The notes under the pieces were generated by a model that was not told the DNA's origin, made no database searches, and saw only the letters and a list, made by a program, of their open reading frames with translations. Shown piece by piece: positions 29,251 to 39,730 of a stretch of 64,000 bases of DNA; the stretch's first letter is position 1; every line of letters begins with the position of its first letter. This DNA comes from Spirochaetia bacterium (lineage in GTDB: Bacteria; Spirochaetota; Spirochaetia; CAKZLE01), in contig OY782041.1 in the NCBI GenBank assembly GCA_963677595.1, positions 3,072,001 to 3,136,000 of the forward strand, in the 5' to 3' direction. A program made the translations under genes and the position numbers.

Positions 29251-30806
29251 ACGATACCTCTATGAGGTTATCGTGTCCCTTCGGGTTTATCCGGTGAGAA
29301 CACCGTAGGACAGTCCGGTATGGAATCCGGATGAACCCGTTCTTTAGCGAACTACCAGCTTTGTTAAAGCTGAAGGAAACAAAAGAAGGAGAAAGGAGGT
29401 TCGAGCTGCTTTTAACCCTTCCCGGCAGATAGATCGAAGCTGTATATGAATCAGTCATCCTGCCGGGAGAGCGGATCCGATATATTCTATATAAGATGGC
29501 CCCTAACACCAAAATCGGGCCATCGGGAACAGATCAGGGATCGGGTATCTCCTTCCTCGACTCCTGGTCACTTTCTCCGGGCTCGTCCCACCCACCTTTA
29601 GTAAGTCTACCTTGCACACACCATATCCGGGACGAGCCCGTTCTTATTTTTTCATATTCCAGCCTTGTCAAGGCTGTTGATCATAACGTCTATGTGTAAG
29701 AAGGAGGGCATTGACTCACCCGGTAGGAAATATAAAACACAACATAAATGCAAAAATAAAATCCAAAGCATGACAATCGAAACGGGTGAGTTCCTACTGT
29801 TCCTGATGATCACCATATGCTGTATCAACACTGCTGATATCATCAGGAGCGCTACCTTTGTTCAAGAGGTTGAGAGACCTCTTGGAACAACATGATTGTT
29901 CTATGCTTGGGCCCGCCCCTGTTACCCCCCCCCATTCAAGGTAACGAATTTCCTTTCACGCTGGGGCGGGCCCTTCTTCTTCCCTGTGAACAATGATCTT
30001 TGTCCGAAACCAGATTGCACACTGATTGCCTGCATTGGTGTTCCTGATTGTTGCGGTATGATGCCCATGATTGCTGCCCTATACCGGCAGATCCTTATCT
30101 CGGTGTACTATAACAATACAGGGTGTAAGGTTTTTCTCAAAAATAAATAAATGATAAATTAAAACACAGTGAATGCTTATATGAAAGATAGCATACTACA
30201 TAATTCGTGAGTAATGGGTTGATAAGTGACCAAAATTCCTGTACTATGCTTGCAAGATATTCAAGAAAGTGGTGTGGGACTAAAAGTATTGAATGCTCGC
30301 TCATATCGTGTATCTTGGTATCGCGTTTAAGGGCTGCTGTGATAGTTGGTGTATGTTGCAGCGATTAGACTGATATAAGGGTGGGGGTGTGCAGTCGGGC
30401 GTTTCTTCGAAGTGTAACTTTAAGCTCGTTCATGAGTTTAACTTTATAAGGCTAGGGGAGAATCCATGCTTGGTGTGATGCATAACATAGTCAGGTATAA
30501 TACTGGTGGCTTGTATATAGTAGGGAACGTGTTACAAAACTCAAGTAGAGAAGTGCCAGGTACTTCTGTTCTTGTGTAGCCACGTCATAGCCGCAGATAT
30601 CATACCCGATCCTTATCCGGCAACAGTTTAACTAGAACCCCCTTGAATGAAACACGAGATGTGTGTCGAGTAAGTTTCGGCGACCGGCATGCATAGTAGT
30701 GCCTCAACAAGTGGAGCAGTTGCCTGGTTTTTCATCAAAAATGGGGTTCTGCACTAGCGAAGCTTTGCGGTAATATGGGGTCTGCTGCTCTCGCTTAAGT
30801 AGTATG

Positions 30807-30815
30807 TGCTATAAT
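30807..30815 (+). promoter_or_regulatory. Extended -10 promoter element for the polysaccharide locus
   Basis: TGcTATAAT about 60 nt upstream of the first gene. Confidence 0.5.
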
Positions 30816-30875
30816 GTAGCAACACGGCTGCGAAGCGAGAATGAGTAATGCAACAAAAAGTGTAAAGGGTTAAGT

Positions 30876-32723
30876 ATGAAATTCAAGCTGAGAAGATTGC
30901 GTAAGTACCTGCTTCTTGTCCTTGCTGATATCATCCTGCTGCTTGCATCCTGGGAGCTGGCCTACTATATTCGCGACCAGCATCTCTGGAACATACACTC
31001 CGGAGCCCCGGCTCTCTGGGCAGTCCTTGTCTGTGTTGCCGTACAGATCGCGGCTTTCTCCTTCACTAAGTTATATAGAATATCCTTACGGCAGGTTTCC
31101 CTGGAACTCATCTACCAGGCGGGTATCCCACTGGTTATCGGGGCATTCTGCTCGTTAGTACTTATGACCACCAAGTCCGGTGACGGGTTCAATGCCCTCC
31201 AGCTGCTTATCCCGTACTGGGCCTTCAGTATCCTTACCATTATCGCCTACCGGGTCATCTTCCGGATCACCGGCGGTTATACCTTCCTTGATACCAACCA
31301 CATACATTGTCCAAGAACTCTTCTCTACGGCGCAGGCGAGGTTGCTGACCAGCTCATGCGTCTCTACCGCAAGGACATGCTCGAGTACAAGATCATGGGC
31401 CTCATCGATGATGACCGTAACAAGCATCACATGATGTTCCACGGCAAGGAAGTCTTCGGTGGTATCGAGGAACTCGCTGAGGCCATCATCAGGCATGACA
31501 TCAAGATGATCATCATCGCCTCGATCAAGATCGGCAAGGACAAGATCAACGAGATCGTCGACATCGCGCACCAGCACGATGTCGAGGTGAAGATCGTCCC
31601 TTCGCTCTTCGAGATCACTGAGGACAAGCGTTCGGTAGCTGACATTCGGGACGTCAATATCGACGATCTTCTCGGACGTGACCAGGTAGAGGTCGACAAG
31701 GCCCCGATCATCGAGATGATCGAGGGTAAGACGGTGATGATCACAGGTGCCGGCGGCTCGATCGGCTCGGAGCTTGCCAAGCAGGCTACCGGGTTCAACC
31801 CCGAAAAGCTCATCATCCTTGATATCGACGAGACCGAGATCCATAACCTGTCATTGTCCTTGAACAACTATTCCACGGGCTTCAGCAATGATATCATTCC
31901 GGTCGTTTGTGATGTCCGGGACAAAGATAAACTCGATTCCATTATAGAGAAGTATAAACCGCAGATCATCTACCATGCTGCAGCCTACAAGCATGTTCCC
32001 CTCATGGAGTACTTCCCCGAGGAAGCCATGAGGACCAACATCGTTGGTTCTTACAACCTCTTCACCTCAGCAGTGAAGTACGGGGTGGAGAAGTGTATCC
32101 TCATTTCCACGGACAAGGCAGTCAACCCGACCAATGTCATGGGAGCCACCAAGAGGATGGCAGAGCTCTTAGCCTCTGCACTCTCCACCAAGAAGACGGA
32201 GATGGTAGCCGTACGGTTCGGTAATGTCCTCGGTTCCCGTGGTTCCATGCTCCCGCTCTTCCAGGAGCAGATCAGACGTGGCTTGCCGATCACCGTAACC
32301 CATAAGGATATCATCAGGTATTTCATGACGATCCCCGAGGCAGTCTCTCTGGTATTCTTAGCCGGTGCAGTAGCACGGGGAAGGGAAGTCATGGTCCTTG
32401 ATATGGGCAAACCAGTCAGGATCTACGACTTCGCACAGAAGCTGGTGAAACGGTACGGCAACAACAAGTCCACGGTTATCGTGACGGGCCTCCGCCCCGG
32501 AGAGAAGCTCTATGAAGAACTGCTCACCAGCGAGGACACCTCGATGCCTACTGAATACCCGAAGGTCTTCAAGGCGAAAGTCTCCAACGGACATGACATC
32601 AAGTTCCTTGAGAAGTTCATCACGAACATTCAGGAGAACAAGAGTAATGCGGAACTGATACAGACCCTCTGCACTTATGTTCCCTGTTATGATGCGAAGA
32701 CCAAGAAGAGAAAAGAAGCATAA
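30876..32723 (+). CDS. Membrane-bound nucleoside-diphosphate sugar 4,6-dehydratase (PglF/CapD/WbpM family)
   Basis: N-terminal TMs, YGAGE, DLLGR, ITGAGGSIGSEL, HAAAYKHVP, STDKAVNPTNVMGATKR, RFGNVLGSRGS, GLRPGEKLYEEL. Confidence 0.95.
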   Translation: MKFKLRRLRKYLLLVLADIILLLASWELAYYIRDQHLWNIHSGAPALWAVLVCVAVQIAAFSFTKLYRISLRQVSLELIYQAGIPLVIGAFCSLVLMTTKSGDGFNALQLLIPYWAFSILTIIAYRVIFRITGGYTFLDTNHIHCPRTLLYGAGEVADQLMRLYRKDMLEYKIMGLIDDDRNKHHMMFHGKEVFGGIEELAEAIIRHDIKMIIIASIKIGKDKINEIVDIAHQHDVEVKIVPSLFEITEDKRSVADIRDVNIDDLLGRDQVEVDKAPIIEMIEGKTVMITGAGGSIGSELAKQATGFNPEKLIILDIDETEIHNLSLSLNNYSTGFSNDIIPVVCDVRDKDKLDSIIEKYKPQIIYHAAAYKHVPLMEYFPEEAMRTNIVGSYNLFTSAVKYGVEKCILISTDKAVNPTNVMGATKRMAELLASALSTKKTEMVAVRFGNVLGSRGSMLPLFQEQIRRGLPITVTHKDIIRYFMTIPEAVSLVFLAGAVARGREVMVLDMGKPVRIYDFAQKLVKRYGNNKSTVIVTGLRPGEKLYEELLTSEDTSMPTEYPKVFKAKVSNGHDIKFLEKFITNIQENKSNAELIQTLCTYVPCYDAKTKKRKEA

Positions 32724-32757
32724 GTAGCCAATTGCATAGGCAATAGATGGGAGAACT

Positions 32758-34584
32758 ATGAGATTTCGTAGACAGAAGATAGCATTACTGATCGTGATGC
32801 TATCTTTTTTTATACCGGCCTGTATCTATGCAACAGAACATCTATCAGTACCTCTTACAGATCCGATATATCAGGTTCTTGAATCTGCCCAGATCAGGAG
32901 TCTCATAGACCGACTCCCGACAGCTAAACCCTACAGTAATCATATCGTAGAACAATCACTGAAACAGCTATTAACAAAACGAGATAGGTTATCTGAGACA
33001 GAGATCCAGATAGTCAAGAACTATCTGGAAGCCCACAGCAGGGATTATAAGAAGCAACAAGATATACTCCAGTCAGGAGCTATATATACTGACAGTCAGA
33101 ATCTCAATACTGAGATGGGAGCATGGCTCAGCTCTAACAACGGTATCAGCTTCAATGCCTATGAGTTCCATTTCGGGACAGAAGACTTCCTCAACCTCTA
33201 CCTTAGGGGTGATATGGGAAATAACCTTGAAGAAGAGCTGCCATTACTATCCTATGGCTTTGATATGGGATTCGGGGAAGTAAGCATAGCAGGCCAGGAA
33301 TACTCTGGAGCTAAACTCACAACACTAAATCAGATTGCATTTGCCCCCTATACGTTTACCTCTGAATGGGAAGGGTACTCCTACAGCCTTCTTGATCCCT
33401 TCAATAATGTCATAGGTGATGAAGGAGTCTATATAGCCTTCACCATGGATCCTGAGATATCCACCAGCTTGTTCGATGATCACCTGCAGCTGAGCTTCTC
33501 TAGGATTCCGAGGAACTGGGGTCTAGGAGAAGACAGTCTCTTGCTCTCAGGACAGGCACCGCCATTCGTCTCATTTGCCCTTCAGGCAAAGATATTCCCC
33601 TGGATGGATTATTCATTCCTGGTAGGGGAGCTTGAGAACTATGGTGACAGCTCAGCAGCCAGTACCCTGCAGAATATGGTGACAATAAAGACAGTGGATG
33701 TGCGACCAACGGATTGGTTCTATCTTGGCGTTCATGAAGCAGTCGTATGGCCCAAGAGGATGGAACTTGGGTACCTGAACCCGCTTATCTTCTCATCTCT
33801 CTATCAGGGTCAGATAGGGGACTTCGATAACATCATTGGAGGCATCTCGGCAGGAATCTCGATACCGAAGTATGCTGACTTCTATGGGACATTCATGATC
33901 GATGAGTTCAGTCCAACTAGTCTTGCTGATATGTTCGAGAGAGTAAGAAATCTCTTTTCTTTCCAGGCCGGGGTAAAAGCCCTGATTCCGGGTACAAACT
34001 TTGGAACATTGACAGCCCAGTATACAAAGATCGAACCCTTTACTTATACACATCCCCCTACACAAGTCCCTTGGATTACTTCTGATGATACAACTATAAA
34101 TAATATGGTTTATGAATCGTTTGTAACAAATGGCTATGGAATCTCATCAAAGCTCGATCCAAATAGTGATGAGTTGTTAATCAAAGCTGAGACATATCTT
34201 ACTCCTGAAATCACACTTTTAGGGTCTTATCAAATGATTCGTCATGGAGATTGGGGGGGAGGGTATAATAGCCCTTTAACAAGTTATCATGAGAATAATC
34301 TAACTCCAGATGGAATGGTATATCCCTCATGGCTAGGCGGAAATGATGAAGACATTGAGGATATGAGGAAAAGTTTTTTATATGATGGTCTATATAAGTG
34401 GTATCATATGTTTTCGGTAGGGGCAGAGGTGGATGGAAACAGGATGATTGATTTGCCTGTTAAACTATCAATCAAAGATACCCTAGTAAATTACTATAAA
34501 ACAGACAATGATGTTGATTTGATTGATGGAACTCAGAAATTGTTGAATTATGTGACTATTTCGATGCAGATATGGGGAGAATAG
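32758..34584 (+). CDS. Exported protein, probable capsule assembly Wzi-like outer membrane protein
   Basis: Signal peptide; N-terminal DPIY..LE.....LI..LP..KPY; WG.G..SLLLS..APP; YLNPL. Confidence 0.6.
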   Translation: MRFRRQKIALLIVMLSFFIPACIYATEHLSVPLTDPIYQVLESAQIRSLIDRLPTAKPYSNHIVEQSLKQLLTKRDRLSETEIQIVKNYLEAHSRDYKKQQDILQSGAIYTDSQNLNTEMGAWLSSNNGISFNAYEFHFGTEDFLNLYLRGDMGNNLEEELPLLSYGFDMGFGEVSIAGQEYSGAKLTTLNQIAFAPYTFTSEWEGYSYSLLDPFNNVIGDEGVYIAFTMDPEISTSLFDDHLQLSFSRIPRNWGLGEDSLLLSGQAPPFVSFALQAKIFPWMDYSFLVGELENYGDSSAASTLQNMVTIKTVDVRPTDWFYLGVHEAVVWPKRMELGYLNPLIFSSLYQGQIGDFDNIIGGISAGISIPKYADFYGTFMIDEFSPTSLADMFERVRNLFSFQAGVKALIPGTNFGTLTAQYTKIEPFTYTHPPTQVPWITSDDTTINNMVYESFVTNGYGISSKLDPNSDELLIKAETYLTPEITLLGSYQMIRHGDWGGGYNSPLTSYHENNLTPDGMVYPSWLGGNDEDIEDMRKSFLYDGLYKWYHMFSVGAEVDGNRMIDLPVKLSIKDTLVNYYKTDNDVDLIDGTQKLLNYVTISMQIWGE

Positions 34585-34588
34585 TAAT

Positions 34589-35173
34589 ATGTATATTCAT
34601 ATAAAGCGTATTGCGGATTTCATCCTCTCCTTTATTGGATTGATTGTTTTATCTCCAGTATTCCTGATACTTATAATAGCAATAAAACTAGACTCTAAAG
34701 GGCCAGTACTGTTCAAACAAAAAAGAGTAGGTATTCATAAGACATATTTCAATATCCTTAAATTCAGAACAATGAGGATTGATACACCAAAAGACACTCC
34801 AACGCATATGCTGGAAAATCCTGATCAATGGATAACAAAGGTTGGAAGCTTTTTAAGAAAGACTTCTCTCGATGAATTGCCTCAAATCATAAATATTCTC
34901 CGAGGTCAGATGAGTATTATCGGTCCTCGACCAGCTCTATGGAATCAAGATGATCTTGTTGCTGAAAGAGATAAATATAGGGTTAATGAGATACTTCCTG
35001 GTTTAACAGGATGGGCACAAGTGAATGGAAGAGATGAACTTCCCATAACGCTTAAAGCTGAACTAGATGGCTACTATACAGAGCATATATCATTTATCTT
35101 AGATCTGAAGTGTTTCTTCTTAACAATTTTAAGCGTTATAAAATCTGAGGGTTTTGTAGAGGGTAGTCGATAA
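34589..35173 (+). CDS. Priming sugar (phospho)transferase (Bac_transf family)
   Basis: KRIADF, KFRTM, LRKTSLDELPQ, GPRP, PGLTGWAQVNGR. Confidence 0.95.
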   Translation: MYIHIKRIADFILSFIGLIVLSPVFLILIIAIKLDSKGPVLFKQKRVGIHKTYFNILKFRTMRIDTPKDTPTHMLENPDQWITKVGSFLRKTSLDELPQIINILRGQMSIIGPRPALWNQDDLVAERDKYRVNEILPGLTGWAQVNGRDELPITLKAELDGYYTEHISFILDLKCFFLTILSVIKSEGFVEGSR

Positions 35174-35203
35174 TTTTGATAAATTATATTAAAGGTAAAT
35201 GGT

Positions 35204-36124
35204 ATGGGAAAAGAATATTTTAAAGTTAGCGTAATTATTCCGACATTTAAACGGGATGTAAAATACTTATTTAGGGCAATTTCCTCCATATTAAATCAAA
35301 CATATGACAATTGTGAAATAGTTGTGGTTGATGACAATGACCCCACATCACCCTATAGAATAGCAAATAATCAAATTATGAAACAATTTTGTAATAATTC
35401 AAATATTATATATATAAAGAATAGTGCTAATATAGGCGGATCAGAGGCCAGGAATATTGGTATTTTACATGCTTCAGGAGATTATATTACATTCCTTGAT
35501 GATGATGATGAATATCTATCTAATAAAGTGAAAAATCAATTATTTTTTATGATTAAACACAATTGCGATATGTCATTTACTAATTTGAAATTATTTAATG
35601 AAATAGGGAATCTTATTGATTATCGAGAATATACTTCTATAAAAAGTTACGAAAAAACATATTTATTAAAGTATCATATTATGCACCATATAACTGGGAC
35701 TCCAACCTTTATGTTCAGAGCAGAGGCATTAAGACGAATAAATGGTTTTGAAAATGTTAGCATGGGTCAAGAATTTTATTTAATGCTTAAAGCAGTTGAA
35801 TCAAATTTAAAAATTTGCTATTTGAATGATTGCAATGTAATAGCTTATAGGCATAAATTAGGAGGTATATCACAAGGACTTAATAAAATACATGGTGAGA
35901 ATTCATTATTCAAATTTAAAGAAAAGTATTTCCATTTATTTAATAAGAAAGAAATAAAGTATATAAAATTTCGACATCAAGCAGTAATGCTTATCGCTTA
36001 TAAAAGAAATAAACAATATAAAAACTTTGCATATAGCTTTTTCCGAATGATTTTCTTATCTCCAATCAATGTTATTACTGAGGGATTAAAATACTTTAAA
36101 CACATTATTCTTTATAAACAATAA
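35204..36124 (+). CDS. Glycosyltransferase family 2
   Basis: VSVIIPTF, EIVVVDD, ARNIGI..ASGDYITFLDDDD. Confidence 0.92.
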   Translation: MGKEYFKVSVIIPTFKRDVKYLFRAISSILNQTYDNCEIVVVDDNDPTSPYRIANNQIMKQFCNNSNIIYIKNSANIGGSEARNIGILHASGDYITFLDDDDEYLSNKVKNQLFFMIKHNCDMSFTNLKLFNEIGNLIDYREYTSIKSYEKTYLLKYHIMHHITGTPTFMFRAEALRRINGFENVSMGQEFYLMLKAVESNLKICYLNDCNVIAYRHKLGGISQGLNKIHGENSLFKFKEKYFHLFNKKEIKYIKFRHQAVMLIAYKRNKQYKNFAYSFFRMIFLSPINVITEGLKYFKHIILYKQ

Positions 36125-36139
36125 ACAAGTTTATTGAGC

Positions 36140-36700
36140 CTTGGAAAACCACCGCCTATGGCGGTGGTCATGGAATGAAGGCTACGCCGTAAGAAAAGTG
36201 TGATATGATAAGGCATGTCCAAGTGGAAGAAACAGTCGCATGTAGTATATCAGTGTAGTTACCATATCGTATGGTGTCCAAAGTACCGGTTTCGGGTACT
36301 GAAAGATGCTATAGGGAGTTATGTAGAACACCGGATACGAGAACTATGTGAATGGAAACAGATAGAGATATTGGAACTGAACGTGATGGAAGATCACGTA
36401 CATATGGTGGTAATCGTACCACCAAAACTATCGTTATCAGAAATGATGGGCATGCTGAAAGGGAAAACAGCAATCAGCTTGTTTAAGAGTTTTCCAAAGT
36501 TTAAAGAGAAGCCGTATTGGGGAAACCACTTCTGGAGTCGCGGGTATTGCGTTACGACGCTCGGGTTAGATGAAGATAAGATACGGCGATATGTAAAGTA
36601 TCAAGAAGAGAATGAGCGACTCGAAGAAGCTCAGCAGGAAGAATTCGGCCTCTTTTAGAGGCCTAATACAAGCCACCTCCTCTGGGGGTGGTTGTTGACT
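36140..36700 (+). mobile_element. IS200/IS605 family element (tnpA only); ends approximate
   Basis: Subterminal hairpins ACCACCGCC-TAT-GGCGGTGGT (36148-36168) and AGCCACCTCC-TCT-GGGGGTGGTT (36671-36693) flank tnpA. Confidence 0.85.
36215..36658 (+). CDS. tnpA: IS200/IS605 Y1 HUH transposase
   Basis: YHIVWCPKYR, DHVH, FWSRGY, catalytic Y in RRYVKYQ. Confidence 0.95.
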   Translation: MSKWKKQSHVVYQCSYHIVWCPKYRFRVLKDAIGSYVEHRIRELCEWKQIEILELNVMEDHVHMVVIVPPKLSLSEMMGMLKGKTAISLFKSFPKFKEKPYWGNHFWSRGYCVTTLGLDEDKIRRYVKYQEENERLEEAQQEEFGLF

Positions 36701-37030
36701 CATTTAATTTCGGTCATGCTTGACCGACATATTTTAGTAGCGATACTTTCTAAGGGAAATGATTTGTGCTGCATAATATTCTTAAATATTTATTGAATTT
36801 TTTCTTAGAATGCAATGGATCTAGAAAATATATCAAGCATTATAATTAAGGTTATCTTTTTGTACTTGGATTTTGCAATATTGGGTCTGGAGAGTAAATC
36901 TGGCTGCTTGCAGGCATTAGCAATTACGTGCGGTTTATCATATATTTTTTTTCATGTAGATGAGCGGATTAGAAAAGTTATTGGTTGCTAAAATGCGAGG
37001 TTTAATAGATATTCGAAATATTATAAATAA

Positions 37031-38334
37031 CACTGCTGTCCGGTTAAGAATTCAGATAGATCTTGCAACTAGTTTTAATATAAAGAAATAGGAGGTGTTT
37101 TTACTTTTTTCGATATATAGCGATTTATAATGCATGTATTCAATCCTATGGGTTACCATCTGGAGGCGTGCATGGATATTTTCCCAGATAATGGACTTTG
37201 TACCGACCTATGAATTCAAGAAATGTGTAAAACGCTACAAAGGAGATTATCGGATACGGAACTTTACTTACTGGAACCAATTTCTTTGTTTGGCATTTGC
37301 TCAGCTGATCTATCGGGAAAGTCTTCGGGATATCGAATCCTGTTTGAATTCAATTCCTCAGAAACTCTATCATATGGGATTTCGGGGAAACATCACCCGC
37401 AGCACCCTGGCAGATGCGAATGAAAAAGAGACTGGCGAATCTATGCCGATTTTGCTCAGATCCTTATCAGCAAGGCCAGATCTCTTTACCGGAATGATGA
37501 ATTTGGCCTTGAGCTGGATAATACGGTATATGCCCTTGATTCAACGACAATAGATTTATGCTTATCGTTGTTTCTCTGGGCTAAGAACCCATAAAGGGGC
37601 AGTTAAGATGCATACGTTATTGGATTTGAGAGGAAACATACCGACATATATCGCTATTACTCCGGGAAATGTACATGATGTAAACATTCTGGATCAATTG
37701 ATTTCTGAACCAGGAGCCTTCTATATTATGGATCGAGGGTATGTGGATTTTAGTCGTTTATATCAACTGACCCTAGATCAGGTGTATTTTGTTGCTCGGG
37801 GCAAAAGCAATCTGAAATTCAGAAGGTTGTATTCGAACCCGGTAGATAAAGCAACTGGGTTACGAAGTGACCAAACCATAAAGCTTGAAGGATCCTACGC
37901 CCGACAGGAGTACCCCGACAAGCTGCGAAGGGTACGTTATTTTGATCAGGAAACAGGGAAATACTATACGTTCCTGACCAACAATTTTACCGTGAGTTCA
38001 ATCATGGTAACCGAACTGTATCGATCGAGATGGCAAATTGAGCTGTTTTTCAAATGGATAAAGTAGCATTTACGAATCAAGGCATTTTACGGCACGTCGT
38101 TCAATGTCGTGAAGACACAGATATGGATTGATATTTCGGTGTATGTAATGGTAGCAATAATTAATAAGGAGCTGAATTTAGGGATGAGTCTCTACAGTAT
38201 TTTACAGATTTTGAGCATCACGCCATTTGAACAATTATCTATAAAAGAAGTACTTAGCGATTCAGATTACAAGAATTTAGGCCCCGGTGATAATAAACAG
38301 TTACTGTTAATAGATTTATAACCGGACACTAGTG
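37031..38334 (+). mobile_element. IS4 family element with degraded transposase
   Basis: Terminal IRs CACTGCTGTCCGGTTA and TAACCGGACACTAGTG; near-identical flanks TATAAATAA and AATAAATAA. Confidence 0.85.
37134..38321 (+). pseudogene. IS4 family transposase pseudogene (DUF4372 + DDE)
   Basis: Fragments FAQL..RESLRDIE, RSTLADANE, K.HTLLDL, MDRGY, Y..RWQIELFFKWIK*HLRIK; a frameshift and in-frame stops. Confidence 0.9.
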
Positions 38335-38393
38335 AATAAATAAATTTACTTAATGGGGGCTTTTACCCTATAGAGTTTGTATTGGGAGACAAC

Positions 38394-39713
38394 ATGGAAA
38401 TTGCTAATAAAATTGTGAAAAAAAAAGGCAAAATTGCGATTATTGGATTAGGGTATGTTGGAATGCCTTTGGCCATAGCTTTTGCAAAAAAAATCAATGT
38501 AATTGGTTTTGATTTAAATAAAAAAAAAATAGCACAATATCAACATGGTATAGATCCTACAAATGAAGTAGGTGATGACGCCATAAAAAAATCTACAATC
38601 GAATTTACATCTGATGAAAAAAAATTAAGAGAAGCCAGCTTTATTATTGTCGCTGTACCTACACCTATTAATTTGGATAAAACACCTGATCTGTTTCCTG
38701 TTGAAAGTGCCAGTAGAATTGTTGGAAGAAATTTACGGAAAGATTCAATAGTTGTTTATGAATCTACTGTATATCCTGGAGTTACAGAAGATATTTGTAT
38801 TCCTATATTAGAAAAAGAATCGGATATGAAATGTGGTAAAGAATTTCATGTGGGTTATTCACCTGAACGAATTAATCCTGGCGATGAGGTACACACTCTG
38901 AAAAATATTGTTAAGATTATTTCAAGTGTGGGAACTGAAAGCTTAAATGATATTGAGAAAATTTATAAACTAGTTATTGAAGCAGGGGTGCACAAAGTAA
39001 GTTGTATTAAAGTAGCAGAAGCTGCAAAAGTTGTTGAGAATAGTCAGAGGGATATAAATATTGCATTTATGAACGAGATAGCAATAGTTTTTGATAAAAT
39101 GCAAATAGATACACATGAAGTACTTACGGCTATGAATACTAAATGGAACTCTCTTGGATTTTTTCCAGGATTGGTAGGTGGTCATTGTATTGGGGTTGAT
39201 CCATACTACTTCATTTATCAAGCTGAAAGATTGGGCTATCATAGTCAGATTGTTTTATCTGGTCGTAAAATTAATGATGGGATGAGTGATTATATTGTTA
39301 ATAAAATAATTAAGATGATGATATTAGCAAATAAAAAAATAAAGGAATCTAAGATTGCAATTCTTGGACTAACTTTTAAAGAAGATACACCTGATATAAG
39401 AAATTCTAAAATTATAGAAATAATTGAGAAGTTAGAAGTTTATGGGGTAAGAATCCAAATAGCCGATCCAGTAATAAATATTAATGAATTGAACGAATCA
39501 TTAAAATCTAAAATTGTTGATTTTTCGGCAATAAATAATATCGATTGTCTTATCGTGGCAGTCAGTCACAAGGATTTTAAAACTTTGAACTTTGATAAAA
39601 TAGAATCAATGTTTTTGAAATGTGATAATAAAGAAAAGGTTATAATTGATATAAGAAGTATTTTAGACAAAACTGTATTTAGAAATAAGGGATATTCTTA
39701 TTGGAATTTGTAA
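38394..39713 (+). CDS. UDP-N-acetylhexosamine 6-dehydrogenase (TviB/WbpO-like nucleotide sugar dehydrogenase)
   Basis: IIGLGYVGMPLA, VYESTVYPG, YSPERINPG, KVVENSQRDINIA, GGHCIGVDP. Confidence 0.93.
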   Translation: MEIANKIVKKKGKIAIIGLGYVGMPLAIAFAKKINVIGFDLNKKKIAQYQHGIDPTNEVGDDAIKKSTIEFTSDEKKLREASFIIVAVPTPINLDKTPDLFPVESASRIVGRNLRKDSIVVYESTVYPGVTEDICIPILEKESDMKCGKEFHVGYSPERINPGDEVHTLKNIVKIISSVGTESLNDIEKIYKLVIEAGVHKVSCIKVAEAAKVVENSQRDINIAFMNEIAIVFDKMQIDTHEVLTAMNTKWNSLGFFPGLVGGHCIGVDPYYFIYQAERLGYHSQIVLSGRKINDGMSDYIVNKIIKMMILANKKIKESKIAILGLTFKEDTPDIRNSKIIEIIEKLEVYGVRIQIADPVININELNESLKSKIVDFSAINNIDCLIVAVSHKDFKTLNFDKIESMFLKCDNKEKVIIDIRSILDKTVFRNKGYSYWNL

Positions 39714-39730
39714 TTTAGAGAAGAGAAATA

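Larger units (their letters stand above)
25858..29980 (+). ncRNA. Array of structured non-coding elements: 13 conserved-stem, variable-loop hairpins with 3' pyrimidine tails
   Basis: Hairpins at 25919-25981, 26135-26187, 26373-26430, 26616-26670, 26980-27040, 27186-27240, 27450-27508, 28009-28063, 28545-28616, 28764-28824, 29282-29339, 29578-29640 and 29909-29973; covarying stems; non-Watson-Crick positions are G-U on the + strand. Confidence 0.7.

Noticed and set aside
25858-29980. Hairpin array as a CRISPR array
   Set aside because: No identical direct repeats, no fixed period, variable segments lie inside inverted repeats, and no cas genes in the window.
25858-29980. Hairpins as integron attC sites or REP elements
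   Set aside because: No consistent RYYYAAC/GTTRRRY boxes or extrahelical bases and no integrase in the window; no REP tetranucleotide foot, and the nearby IS200 hairpins are unrelated in sequence.
36700-37030. Segment between the IS200 and IS4 elements as a gene remnant
   Set aside because: No identifiable motif or sustained reading frame.
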